Made by a program: the position numbers and the translations under genes | Notes under the pieces: model-generated | What the model was told of the DNA's origin: nothing | The model's database searches: none | What the model saw: the letters and a program-made list of their open reading frames with translations, nothing else | Assembly: GCA_043797125.1 (NCBI GenBank) | Contig: JAZDPX010000013.1 | Coordinates: 9,180 to 73,179, forward strand | Direction: 5' to 3' | Source: Candidatus Omnitrophota bacterium | GTDB taxonomy: Bacteria > Omnitrophota > Gorgyraeia > JABMRG01 > JAFGKX01 | DNA length: 64,000 nt | Shown here: positions 28,329 through 38,334 of the stretch, one piece after another | Position numbering within the stretch: the stretch's first letter is position 1 | Layout of the letters: each line of letters begins with the position of its first letter

Positions 28329-31266
28329 ATAACTTTATATACAAATCCTGCGTCTTATTAATCATATTCCCCAATGAAAATATTGTCCTTACGCGCTCAT
28401 AAGCAGAATCTGCCACCACCTGGCACAATTCTGGAGATTTTATAAACTTCTCTATTGCTTTTGCCAGAGATACACTATCAGCGACAGGGACAAATGATTC
28501 TTCGGTGTCAATAAGTTCTCTATTCCCGCCTATATTAGTAACTATCACAGGCCTTTTCCTTGCCATAGCTTCCAAAATAACTATAGGAATACCCTCATAC
28601 AAAGAAGGCACTGCTATTATATTGCTAGCATCCATAATATCCGCAATATCTTTCCTAAATCCAGTAAATATAACTTTATCTTTTAGCTCTAGACCATCGA
28701 CCATTGACCATAGACTTTCTTTTATCGGCCCATCCCCGACTACTAGCAATTTAATATTATAATTTCCGTTTAAATGGCTAATAGCCTCGAACAAATACTT
28801 ATGCCCCTTCTGCTCAACTAATCTGCCTATAATCGCCAACACAATTTCATCATCCTTAATTCCCAACCCTCTTTTTACTGATGACTGATAACTGATGACT
28901 GATAACTTTTTTATTTCTATACCATTATATATAACGTCTATTTTATCTGCAGCAACCTTTGCGTTTTCTATATAGGCATTTTTAACTTCCTCACCTACTG
29001 CTATAATGCGGTTTGGTAATTTGGCTAAGAATTTTTCAAAGAATACTTCTAATTTATTATCCGCGAACTCTGTATTATGTATGGTTGTAATGCATTTTAT
29101 TCCCGCAATCTTAGCAGCTATAGTTCCCCACAAATTCGCTCCCCAAAGATGGGTATGCACAATATCAATATCGTAACTTTTCATAACCCTTACAAGCTTC
29201 CTGATTATAAATAAGTCGATCTTGCCCTTTTTGTGAAGTTCTAAAACCGGTATGCCTTCTTTTTCTAAGTTTTCCGCAAACACGCCTTTTTGATTAAGGC
29301 AGCATACAGCGACATTGAATCTGCTCTTATCCAGCCCTTTTGCCAGGTTGATTACAACTTGCTCCGCTCCTCCAAGCCCTAGGGACCAAATTACATACAT
29401 AACGTTTAATTTGCTGTGGGCTATGGGCTGTGAGCTGTGGGCTTTTTGTACCCAGCGATGCAATAAGTCGTACGAGCCAGCGAGCTTCTTCCTAAAATCA
29501 AACATACTATCAAACCCGCTGACTTCAGTCCTTTTCAGCTCGAACTGATCCTGCCCGGGTAAATTTGCTCCGGGCTTAATCGAACACGCTACTTTAAAAC
29601 CTGCTTTAGCTGTCAGGAATTTTACTTCCGCGTTAAAATCGCCTTTTGGATAACAGAAGAAGTCGCACTTTAATCCGTAGGACTCTATTATTTTTTTAGA
29701 ACCCTCAATTTCTAATTTAGCTTCTTCTATTGCCGCACCGGCTAACTTAACATGATTTAAAGTGTGCGCTCCAAACTCTATGGCATTTCGCGACATCTGT
29801 TGTATCTGGTCCCAGCTTAGAAATCCCTCTTTGCCCACTGATTCAGTAGCAACAAACACTGTTGCCGGCAAATTATATTCCTTTAATATCGGAAACGCAT
29901 TCGTATAATTATCTTCATACCCGTCATCAAACGTTATTACCACCTTCTTGGCCCACGAACTTACTTCTTTCAATCCTACAACCTCAAAATGCTCCTTTAA
30001 CCACTCCATCTGCTTCCTAAACTCACCCACCTTAACGCACAACCTGTCGTACGGACGATTATCGCTAACTCGATGATACATCAAAATTCTTACGCCGTCT
30101 TTCTGTCTAGACAAAACATAGGATAAATTGCTTGATATAGCTCTTATCTGTTTTTTCGGAGCTACAGCATTAGTTTCTTTAACAAAATATTGCATAATAT
30201 GCTCATTAGCATTAATCCAATATTTTTCATCAAATAAACTCTCTGCTCGCTTCCTTCCTGCTTCAGCCATAGAGTGCATCTTGGCCTTATCCTTTAGCAA
30301 CCCAATTATTGCTGATGTCAAAGCACCTGCATTGCCGGGCTTAATTAAAATACCGGTTACGCCATCTCTGACAACTTCCGGGCAACCTCCTATATTCGTA
30401 GCTATAACAGGCTTTCCCATTGCCATCGCTTCTCTTGCTGATTGAGGAAAAGACTCCCTTGTTGAGGACAATACAAATAAATCCATAATAGATAAAAATC
30501 TTGGAATGTCTTTTTGCAATCCAACAAATACAACCTTATCTTTTAATCCCAGACCATCGACCATAGACCATAGACTATCTTTCAATGGCCCATCGCCAAC
30601 AAAAATAAATCTTGCCCGTGGGAATTCCCTTAATACAACAGGCATTGCTTCTATAATATATTCCTGGCCCTTTTCCGGTGAAAGCCTTGCGACTGTTCCA
30701 ATTATAATATCATCTGGGGAAAACCCGAGTTCCCGCAAAAGCTCTTTATCTTTTTCTCGTGGAGAGAATCTATTCAAATCAATTCCGCTATGCACAACTA
30801 TTGTCTTATTTTGACTTAATCCCCACCTAATTAATCTGTTTCTTTCATATTCAGATTCGAATATCACCAATCTGCTGGCTAAATTTAAAATTATTCCGGA
30901 TATAAATAAGCTAAATTTTGAATGTATATTATGTATGGTGGTAATTACCGGCTTTTTTGCGCTATTAGCAAACAAAACCGCCAAAGTTGTGCGTATAGAT
31001 TGGGGCGCGATAATATCTATTTTTTCTTTTTCTATTATATTCTTAAGGGAGTTTGCTGATTCACGCAATTTTTTAAGCGAATTAAAATGAAAGTCTACGC
31101 TATAGTATTTCCCTCCTAAAGAAGTTATGTTTTGCGCAAATTTTCTATCCCTGCATGTCACAACAACATTGTGTCCGCGCTTTACAAGCTCCTTGGTAAA
31201 GGCAAAAATATCCTTCTGCGCCCCGCCAACTTCTAAGGAATGCGTTAAAAGATATAAGATATTCAT
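28282..31266 (-). CDS. GT4 - polysaccharide deacetylase - GT4 triple fusion
   Basis: Two GT4 domains (EAMAMGKPVI, EAMARKRPVI) flank a NodB domain (ILMYHRV, ITFDDGY, GAHTLNH, FCYPKG). Confidence 0.9.
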   Translation of the reverse strand: MNILYLLTHSLEVGGAQKDIFAFTKELVKRGHNVVVTCRDRKFAQNITSLGGKYYSVDFHFNSLKKLRESANSLKNIIEKEKIDIIAPQSIRTTLAVLFANSAKKPVITTIHNIHSKFSLFISGIILNLASRLVIFESEYERNRLIRWGLSQNKTIVVHSGIDLNRFSPREKDKELLRELGFSPDDIIIGTVARLSPEKGQEYIIEAMPVVLREFPRARFIFVGDGPLKDSLWSMVDGLGLKDKVVFVGLQKDIPRFLSIMDLFVLSSTRESFPQSAREAMAMGKPVIATNIGGCPEVVRDGVTGILIKPGNAGALTSAIIGLLKDKAKMHSMAEAGRKRAESLFDEKYWINANEHIMQYFVKETNAVAPKKQIRAISSNLSYVLSRQKDGVRILMYHRVSDNRPYDRLCVKVGEFRKQMEWLKEHFEVVGLKEVSSWAKKVVITFDDGYEDNYTNAFPILKEYNLPATVFVATESVGKEGFLSWDQIQQMSRNAIEFGAHTLNHVKLAGAAIEEAKLEIEGSKKIIESYGLKCDFFCYPKGDFNAEVKFLTAKAGFKVACSIKPGANLPGQDQFELKRTEVSGFDSMFDFRKKLAGSYDLLHRWVQKAHSSQPIAHSKLNVMYVIWSLGLGGAEQVVINLAKGLDKSRFNVAVCCLNQKGVFAENLEKEGIPVLELHKKGKIDLFIIRKLVRVMKSYDIDIVHTHLWGANLWGTIAAKIAGIKCITTIHNTEFADNKLEVFFEKFLAKLPNRIIAVGEEVKNAYIENAKVAADKIDVIYNGIEIKKLSVISYQSSVKRGLGIKDDEIVLAIIGRLVEQKGHKYLFEAISHLNGNYNIKLLVVGDGPIKESLWSMVDGLELKDKVIFTGFRKDIADIMDASNIIAVPSLYEGIPIVILEAMARKRPVIVTNIGGNRELIDTEESFVPVADSVSLAKAIEKFIKSPELCQVVADSAYERVRTIFSLGNMINKTQDLYIKLLDPRSPFSRGQVSRE

Positions 31267-31267
31267 A

Positions 31268-32428
31268 TTAGTTTATGGTTGGTAAATATGACCAGAACTT
31301 GTTGTTCAGCTTGCAGCATTTGGCGCAAGCCGGCAACAGTTTATGTTTTCTCAAGGTATTTCTAAAATTCCTGTATTTCTTGCTATTCCAGATTGTTTTT
31401 AGGGATTCGTTACGTATATTACCCATTGCTACATCAATTGAGCAGGGATAGATGTTCCCATAAGGATCCAGCCTTGTCTCAAACCAGGGGTAAAAACACT
31501 TATCGCAATATGACATATTCGGGTTAATAAACCTATCCTGCATCTCTTCTTCTTTTAGCGGCGGCCTAAAATTCAAGACAACGTTCTTCTTCTTAGCCTT
31601 TTCTTTGGCCCTTCTCACAGAATCTCTAAAAGCTTGAGGGTCAATATCCTTTACTTCATCGGATATATTCTGATTTTCTGGCTTTAATCGGTTCATATCA
31701 AGCATATTTGAAGTTTTATCCATGGCTTCATCAGATGTATAAAATAAATAAAGCATATTCACCAGGTTTACTTTTAATTCGGAAGCAATATCAACCACAT
31801 CATCAATATTGTGCTGGTTTAAGGCCGACATGGTAAAATTAAGGTTAATTTTAGGGTTTTCGTTTCCATTCTTTGCTTTTTGTATTGTTTGGATGGTTGA
31901 GTAAATCTTGGAAAATGAATCTCCGCAACCTCTTATATTGTTGTGTATATCCTTAGGCCCGTCTAAAGAAAAGCTAATAACCTCATTGCCTATATTAGCT
32001 AACTCTTTAGCCATTGATTCATTAATCAAAGTGCCGTTTGTGATAACAGAACAGTAGATGCCTGTCTCTTTTACATATCTTAGTATATCGAGCATATCTT
32101 TTCTCAAAAATGGCTCGCCGCCTGTTATCATAAGAGCTTTTGTTTTAAATGATTTCAGCTCATCAACAAAACTTTTTATTGTATTTGTATCCAGTTCCTT
32201 TGCGGTAAGCTGCTGGATTTCCTTTTTGCCCTCATCGCCTTTGAAATTCGCCAAAGGGCACATTCTACAAAGCAAGTTACATCTGAAAGTAATCTCAAAA
32301 ACCACCCTTAGCGGATTTAAGGCATTGCCGCCAAAAAAATTATATGGGATAAGGTAATATGGCGTAAGAGCCGCATCAGCGCTAATGCCTAATTTTTTCA
32401 TTATTTTTTTAATTGCAGTAATATCCAT
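31268..32428 (-). CDS. Radical SAM protein with SPASM/twitch domain
   Basis: CNLLCRMC, TGGEPF, TNGTL, CFYPW...GNIYPC...CAKC. Confidence 0.9.
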   Translation of the reverse strand: MDITAIKKIMKKLGISADAALTPYYLIPYNFFGGNALNPLRVVFEITFRCNLLCRMCPLANFKGDEGKKEIQQLTAKELDTNTIKSFVDELKSFKTKALMITGGEPFLRKDMLDILRYVKETGIYCSVITNGTLINESMAKELANIGNEVISFSLDGPKDIHNNIRGCGDSFSKIYSTIQTIQKAKNGNENPKINLNFTMSALNQHNIDDVVDIASELKVNLVNMLYLFYTSDEAMDKTSNMLDMNRLKPENQNISDEVKDIDPQAFRDSVRRAKEKAKKKNVVLNFRPPLKEEEMQDRFINPNMSYCDKCFYPWFETRLDPYGNIYPCSIDVAMGNIRNESLKTIWNSKKYRNFRNTLRKHKLLPACAKCCKLNNKFWSYLPTIN

Positions 32429-33557
32429 AACTTTTCTCAGACAATAAACCTGTATAAGCGTTTTCTAAGCCGCTAATCATAGCATTTAAACTAAAATTTT
32501 GTTCTACGATTTTTTTTGCGTTTTCTGCTATCTGCTGAGCAGCGCTCCTATTTTTTAGTAAATAAACTATTTTGTCTTTCATAACCAATGCATCCCCAAC
32601 GCCAACCAAAAACCCGGTTTCGCTATCTTTTATTAACTCTTTATTGCCACCTACGCTTGTCGCAACCACAGGTGTGCCAAGCGCCATCGATTCCAAAATT
32701 GCATTAGACATTCCCTCTGAAAAAGAAGCATTCACTGAAACATCCATCAAGCCATATAAATCTTTTACATCTGTACGTATGCCTAAAAAAATAATTTTAT
32801 CTTTTATACACAAAGAATCTGCTTGCTGCATTAATTGATCTTTTAGGGGACCATTTCCTACAATCAAAAATTTTACATTGGGCATTTCTTCTAAAACTAA
32901 TCTCGCTGCTTCTATAAACAGCTTGTGGCCTTTTACCCAGGTTAAACTAGCCACAATCCCAACCACAAAAGCTTCTTCTATTCCTAGTTTTTTTCTTAAT
33001 TGCACCTTATCCATTATGCCTTTTAAATTCTTTATATCTATACCATTACAAATAGTTAAAATCTTCTTATATTCAACGCCTTCGTATTTATGCACTATCT
33101 CTTGTACATCATCGCTTACTGCAAAAACCATATCTGCTAATTTATGAGCGAACCTATAAGCTATGCGATGTTGCCATCTACCTTCACGATGAATACCTAC
33201 GTCCCTGCGACCGGATATAATAAGTGGCGCTTTCGCCAGCTTAGCAGCAATATTACCAGCAATATTTGCACTAAAAAGAAGCGTATGTACAATATCAAAT
33301 TGATTTTCTTTTATATATGAAATTAATTTAACAATACCCTTAATGCCGCTTATTCCGTATATTCTTTTTATATTAAACGCTTTATAACTAATTTTCAGCT
33401 TTTTTAATTCGGGCTCCAATGCACCTATACGCACAAGGCAGCATAAAGAAACTTCAAATGTGTCTCTATTTATATTTTGCAATATTTCTAAAAGATGGCG
33501 CTGCGTGCCTCCTATATCCATCTTATCTATTACGTATAGTATTTTTATTTTTTTCAT
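32409..33557 (-). CDS. GT4 glycosyltransferase
   Basis: GGTQRHL, EGMSNAILESMALGTPVVATSVGG. Confidence 0.92.
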   Translation of the reverse strand: MKKIKILYVIDKMDIGGTQRHLLEILQNINRDTFEVSLCCLVRIGALEPELKKLKISYKAFNIKRIYGISGIKGIVKLISYIKENQFDIVHTLLFSANIAGNIAAKLAKAPLIISGRRDVGIHREGRWQHRIAYRFAHKLADMVFAVSDDVQEIVHKYEGVEYKKILTICNGIDIKNLKGIMDKVQLRKKLGIEEAFVVGIVASLTWVKGHKLFIEAARLVLEEMPNVKFLIVGNGPLKDQLMQQADSLCIKDKIIFLGIRTDVKDLYGLMDVSVNASFSEGMSNAILESMALGTPVVATSVGGNKELIKDSETGFLVGVGDALVMKDKIVYLLKNRSAAQQIAENAKKIVEQNFSLNAMISGLENAYTGLLSEKSYGYYCN

Positions 33558-35004
33558 TTTTCTTACTTTTTTGCTCTTCTATAATTATCTGTTTTGACTT
33601 AAAAATACATGCAGTCAATATCCAGAAAAGACCGGTTACTTCCTGACTATCTAAGCGCGTACCAAACATATTACACACTAATAATCCTACGGTACCGGCT
33701 AAAAAACCCAAAGCAAATGACTTTATAAACGTATCTTTAGTTCTGCGGTAAACAAACCATGCATTTTTTAGTATAAGCAGCATAATCCACAAGAAAACCA
33801 TTAACCCCACTAAACCCAATTCAGCCGCCAGGGTAATATAGGTATTGTGAGAATCTACCTTATGTATAGACGCATAACTGGATATAGTTGATGGAAAAAG
33901 ACCGTAACCTATACCAAAGAGAGGGTGCTCTTCAATCATCAAGATTGCACCCTCCCATATCGTTATTCTTCTCTGCGCGCTCGGCTCAAGGCTATCTTTA
34001 ACATCACCTTGCGCTGCTTGACCTTCTTCTAAAAAGGTGGAAGAAAACCTCTCGTAAAGAGCAGAGGGCATCAGTTTAGGGTTTAATACAACAAAAACAA
34101 GAGAGAAAATAAGTAAAATAAAAATTATTTTATTCCTGATAAACGTCATAAATAAAATCGCAAATAAGAAAGCTGCAATTGCTCCTCGGGAAAATGTATA
34201 CATCAATGCGCGCGCCTGAACTAAAATAGGAAATATTAAGAACCAATGTTTAAATGAACGCAGATTATTTAAGAAAATAGCGAATAGAATGAGTCCATAA
34301 TAGACAAAAAAAGCGCCGGCACGGTTTGGTTGGCCAAAGATTCCGGAGACGCGCATTTTATCAAAGTCTTCCGCTCCCCTCACTCTCAAATATTCAAAAA
34401 CCAAGAGAAAAGAAATACAAACCGTAATCAATACTACTAAGCTTACGATACGCCTGATCTCATCCTTATCTTTTACAGATATTAAAAATACATAAAACAA
34501 TAGCATCGGGCTAAGCCATTGTTTTAAAGAGGTAAAGAATTCCTCAAGATATACGTAACCTATGTTTTGGTAGGATACAAAGAATGAAATAATATTGATA
34601 ACGCAGAAAATTGCAATTGGAATACTAAGTGAGGATTTGGGGATTATGTTGATATTTGCCTTCATCTTTTCCATCAGAATAGCAATAATCATTAGTACAA
34701 AAAAGATATTCGTTAAATTCAAAGCCCATGTACCTGTGCCAAAATCCCCAGGTAAAAGCCTGCTGAAAGGCAAATATATTACGAATAATAAACTAAGTTT
34801 CCCAATATCTACTAAAGCCAGTAAAAATACAGCTGCTATGGTAATTATACCCAAACCCACAATTACCGGCTTGCTAAGGACAATGGTATTTAGAGAAACA
34901 AGCCCTAAGAAAATTAACCCTACAACAAACACAAAATATAAGAAATAATCATTAGAGCTATTTGCCCTGGCGATGCTTTTCTCTTTCATAGTTAATGTTT
35001 TCAT
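33523..35004 (-). CDS. O-antigen ligase / Wzy_C family membrane protein
   Basis: RVSGIFGQPN, TFSRGA, HPLFGIGYG, SHNTYITLAAELGLVG. Confidence 0.88.
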   Translation of the reverse strand: MKTLTMKEKSIARANSSNDYFLYFVFVVGLIFLGLVSLNTIVLSKPVIVGLGIITIAAVFLLALVDIGKLSLLFVIYLPFSRLLPGDFGTGTWALNLTNIFFVLMIIAILMEKMKANINIIPKSSLSIPIAIFCVINIISFFVSYQNIGYVYLEEFFTSLKQWLSPMLLFYVFLISVKDKDEIRRIVSLVVLITVCISFLLVFEYLRVRGAEDFDKMRVSGIFGQPNRAGAFFVYYGLILFAIFLNNLRSFKHWFLIFPILVQARALMYTFSRGAIAAFLFAILFMTFIRNKIIFILLIFSLVFVVLNPKLMPSALYERFSSTFLEEGQAAQGDVKDSLEPSAQRRITIWEGAILMIEEHPLFGIGYGLFPSTISSYASIHKVDSHNTYITLAAELGLVGLMVFLWIMLLILKNAWFVYRRTKDTFIKSFALGFLAGTVGLLVCNMFGTRLDSQEVTGLFWILTACIFKSKQIIIEEQKSKKNEKNKNTIRNR

Positions 35005-36170
35005 TGATAGAAAACCTTATTGATGCTTGCCTTAATCTTTGCCGGCAATAATAATTTAGTGAATCGAAAAAGGCAAATCTTTAATCGTAAACATTCAATC
35101 AATATGATTCCCTTGATATTTGTTGAAGCAACTATATTCTGCTTTATTCTTACATCATTAGACCAGCGCATTTTATGCAATTCCTCACCCCTTAGCATAT
35201 CACATACTTTAATTCCATTATTTATTGCATATTCTAATATATAACCCATAAGCAATTGCCCAACGCCATATTTAACAAATTTCGGGTTAAGCCCTGATTG
35301 ATAGAAATAATAAATATCTTTATAGCTAAAACCGCATTTCGCAGCTACATCATTTCCGTCGAGATTTAAAAAAAATAGGTACATCCATTTCTTCTCACCG
35401 AATAAAGCACGTATCTGTTTATAGAACTCTTTATATTTATTATCGCTGAAGCGGCTGAAAGTATTCTTTTGCACCCTTCTTAGTGAATGTAGCTTTATAA
35501 ATTTCTCAAATTCAGCATCAGAAATAAAAGCATCATTGGATTTACGAATATTTAATTCCTTAAAATGCTTCTCTATCTTTCTCCTCCCTCTTTTTATATT
35601 TATCTGCATATTTTTCGGTAATGACTTTATATACTTATCCCAACTGCTCGGCAGCTGCACAATAGGACAAAATGGCTTTTTCTCTGTAATAAGATATGTG
35701 GTTTTAGTGTTATTAAATATATCAATTAAGCAGGAAATGTTAAGTGATGGCTTCGCCAAATCAAAGATTGCTAGCATATGCCATTTTCTTTCTCTATAAA
35801 CTAAAAAATCCCAAAAAGCCTGCATAACCTGCCTCTCTTCTCCTTTTGCACAAATAAAATCTAAGTATTCAGAAGTGACGCCCCCTCCACAACCTAACAT
35901 TTTTAATTCTGCCATATATATAATACCGAGAATTTTTGTACTCTTTATATACAAAGGTGCTATCCCCTGGAGTAATCCATTTTCATTTCTTAGGGCAAGG
36001 GTATAAAGTTCTTTATTACCGCCATAGACTTGCCACCACGCATAAAGCCATTCCCATGTAAGAAAAACGGTATCGCTATGGCTATTGTCCAATAATGCGC
36101 CCCATCCCCCCCTTAATGCCTGGAACTTTTCTGGTGTATCTATGATTTCTATGTTATAATTCTCATTCAT
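35001..36170 (-). CDS. GNAT acetyltransferase (CelD/BcsL-like)
   Basis: FLTWEWL..WW, YFYQSG, GVGQLL, DMLRGEELHKMRW. Confidence 0.82.
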   Translation of the reverse strand: MNENYNIEIIDTPEKFQALRGGWGALLDNSHSDTVFLTWEWLYAWWQVYGGNKELYTLALRNENGLLQGIAPLYIKSTKILGIIYMAELKMLGCGGGVTSEYLDFICAKGEERQVMQAFWDFLVYRERKWHMLAIFDLAKPSLNISCLIDIFNNTKTTYLITEKKPFCPIVQLPSSWDKYIKSLPKNMQINIKRGRRKIEKHFKELNIRKSNDAFISDAEFEKFIKLHSLRRVQKNTFSRFSDNKYKEFYKQIRALFGEKKWMYLFFLNLDGNDVAAKCGFSYKDIYYFYQSGLNPKFVKYGVGQLLMGYILEYAINNGIKVCDMLRGEELHKMRWSNDVRIKQNIVASTNIKGIILIECLRLKICLFRFTKLLLPAKIKASINKVFYQ

Positions 36171-38323
36171 TTCATCAACTCAAATAAAACTTTAGCCGCG
36201 AATAAAGGCATTCTCGTTTCATAGGTAGGGAGTCTTTTTATCTCAAATAAATCTGTATCATTGGTATTTAAACAACCGCCTATTGCAGTTACGGCACATT
36301 GATAACCCGCCCTTTTTAATAAGTCTTTGATTTCCGGGTTAAAATCTTCCTTCATGCCATTAGGATAGCAAAATGCAATTACGGGCTTATTAGCATGTTT
36401 TTCTATCTCTTCTTTTGATTCTTTAATTTCCTTCCAGGCCTCTTCTAGGGGAATATTAGTCAAAATAGGATGGTTTACTGTATGCCCACCAAAATCTATA
36501 GCCTCTTTAGCCATTTCTCCAATTTCTTGCCCGTTAAGCATTCCCTGACTATCAGATATGCCTTTAGGGTCAACACTTACTTCTCTTTCAATCTCAGCTA
36601 AAACCTCTTTCTTTATTATCTCGTTTGTTCTCTTTAACGACTCTTTTATACGTTCTATAGCTTTCTTCCTATCTTTATCGGTCAAAAGTGCAAACTTCTC
36701 ACTATACCCGTCAATTTTAACTGTTAGAGTTGGTTTATTAGTTTTTTGTACTAAATAACTAATCTTATCAGTCCAGATTAATCTACCATTACCTAATAAG
36801 CCGGTCGCAAGAAAAATCGTTGCCGGCAAACCATATCTTTTTAAAATGGGAAATGCGCAGTCGTAAGTATTCTTATACCCATCGTCAAAAGTAATTACTG
36901 CCCTATTGGCCTTTATGTAATTTTTGTGTGCTAGTAATTCTGGGAAGCCTACCACATTAAAATATCTTCTTATGAAGTCGACCTGTTTTTCAAATACCTG
37001 AACTGGTAATCCGCTAAAAACCGATTTTCCCTCAAGCACTTTATGGTACATAAAAATAACGGTCTTTTTATTCTTTATAAATAATTTTAGAGCTAATTGC
37101 GTTAGGCCGCAATAATAAAGGATATAACAGATAAAATGTTTTATAATGTCGTACAAAAAATTCTTTTTATTGCATTCTTGGATCAGCGTATTATAAAATT
37201 TCTCAATATTTCTTACTGTCTTATTGATATTAAAATTCTCTTCTACTCTTAACCTACCGGCCCTTCCCATTTGTTGTGATAATTCATTATCCTCTAATAA
37301 AATATTGATATAACGTGCTAAAGCCTTATAATCTCCGGGAGGAGATAAAAATCCAGTTTTCCCTTCTTGAATAATCTCTGGAGGCGCTCCTATGTTTGTT
37401 GCAATAATTGGTTTACCTGCAGCCATCGCCTCAATTATGACCAAGCCAAACGGTTCGGGGTCAGTGGAAGCGTGAACAACAACATCCAACCCCTTTAAAA
37501 CGCTATTGATATCCTTCTGCCAACCTGTAAAAATAACGCTGTTATCCAGTTGTAAATCGGAGCGTAATTTTTTTAATTCTTTTAAATAAGCCTTCTTGCT
37601 TGTTAGGTCGTCACCAATAATGTAGAATTTTGCGTAAGGAAATTTCTCTAAGGTCAACTTGGCTGCTCTAATAAAAACATCCTGACCTTTCCAGTCATCA
37701 ATCCTGCCTAAGATGCCGACTTTTTTAAAATTCCCGCTATTTAATATCGCTTTATTTACGGATCTGTCAAATTCCTTCAAATCAATTCCATTATAAATTG
37801 TTACTAATTTATCCCAGCCAATCTGACGCGCATATCCTTCGGCACCAGCTTCAGAAACCATAATAAACCTGTATATGAACCTCCCAAATACTCTTTCTAT
37901 AAATGTTAGCCTCTCTATACCATGGGGCTGACAGATAACCTTCCTGCCAGTAATCATACCAGCTATGATTGCCGGAATGTGCGCATATATTTCGTTATTA
38001 AGATGGATATAATTGATTTTCTTTCTCAAAATCAAGCCTACAAGCCAAAAAGCATAAGGAATTTCGCTAAATAAAAAAAACTGCGTTCTGCATAAATATC
38101 TTATTATTGCTGAGTTTTTTTCACTATAGCCAAAATCACGTGGCCCCTTTACAATAACTTCCTTCCCGCAGCGCATCAATTCTTTTATCCTCTCACCGCA
38201 ACTATACGCAATAACCACGGGGTAGAATTTTTCCTCATTAAGGTGTGTAAGGAGCATACTTAATATCTTAGCTGAACCACCACTACCACTCCCTGCTTCA
38301 ATAAATAAAATTCTTGTCTGCAT
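36167..38323 (-). CDS. GT4 - polysaccharide deacetylase fusion
   Basis: EPFGLVIIEAMAAGKP, MYHKV, ITFDDGY, GGHTVNHPIL, FCYPNG. Confidence 0.9.
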   Translation of the reverse strand: MQTRILFIEAGSGSGGSAKILSMLLTHLNEEKFYPVVIAYSCGERIKELMRCGKEVIVKGPRDFGYSEKNSAIIRYLCRTQFFLFSEIPYAFWLVGLILRKKINYIHLNNEIYAHIPAIIAGMITGRKVICQPHGIERLTFIERVFGRFIYRFIMVSEAGAEGYARQIGWDKLVTIYNGIDLKEFDRSVNKAILNSGNFKKVGILGRIDDWKGQDVFIRAAKLTLEKFPYAKFYIIGDDLTSKKAYLKELKKLRSDLQLDNSVIFTGWQKDINSVLKGLDVVVHASTDPEPFGLVIIEAMAAGKPIIATNIGAPPEIIQEGKTGFLSPPGDYKALARYINILLEDNELSQQMGRAGRLRVEENFNINKTVRNIEKFYNTLIQECNKKNFLYDIIKHFICYILYYCGLTQLALKLFIKNKKTVIFMYHKVLEGKSVFSGLPVQVFEKQVDFIRRYFNVVGFPELLAHKNYIKANRAVITFDDGYKNTYDCAFPILKRYGLPATIFLATGLLGNGRLIWTDKISYLVQKTNKPTLTVKIDGYSEKFALLTDKDRKKAIERIKESLKRTNEIIKKEVLAEIEREVSVDPKGISDSQGMLNGQEIGEMAKEAIDFGGHTVNHPILTNIPLEEAWKEIKESKEEIEKHANKPVIAFCYPNGMKEDFNPEIKDLLKRAGYQCAVTAIGGCLNTNDTDLFEIKRLPTYETRMPLFAAKVLFELMK

Positions 38324-38334
38324 TTATAGTACCT

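Noticed and set aside
31268-32428. RiPP-modifying radical SAM/SPASM
   Set aside because: No adjacent precursor or RRE, and it is embedded between glycosyltransferases.
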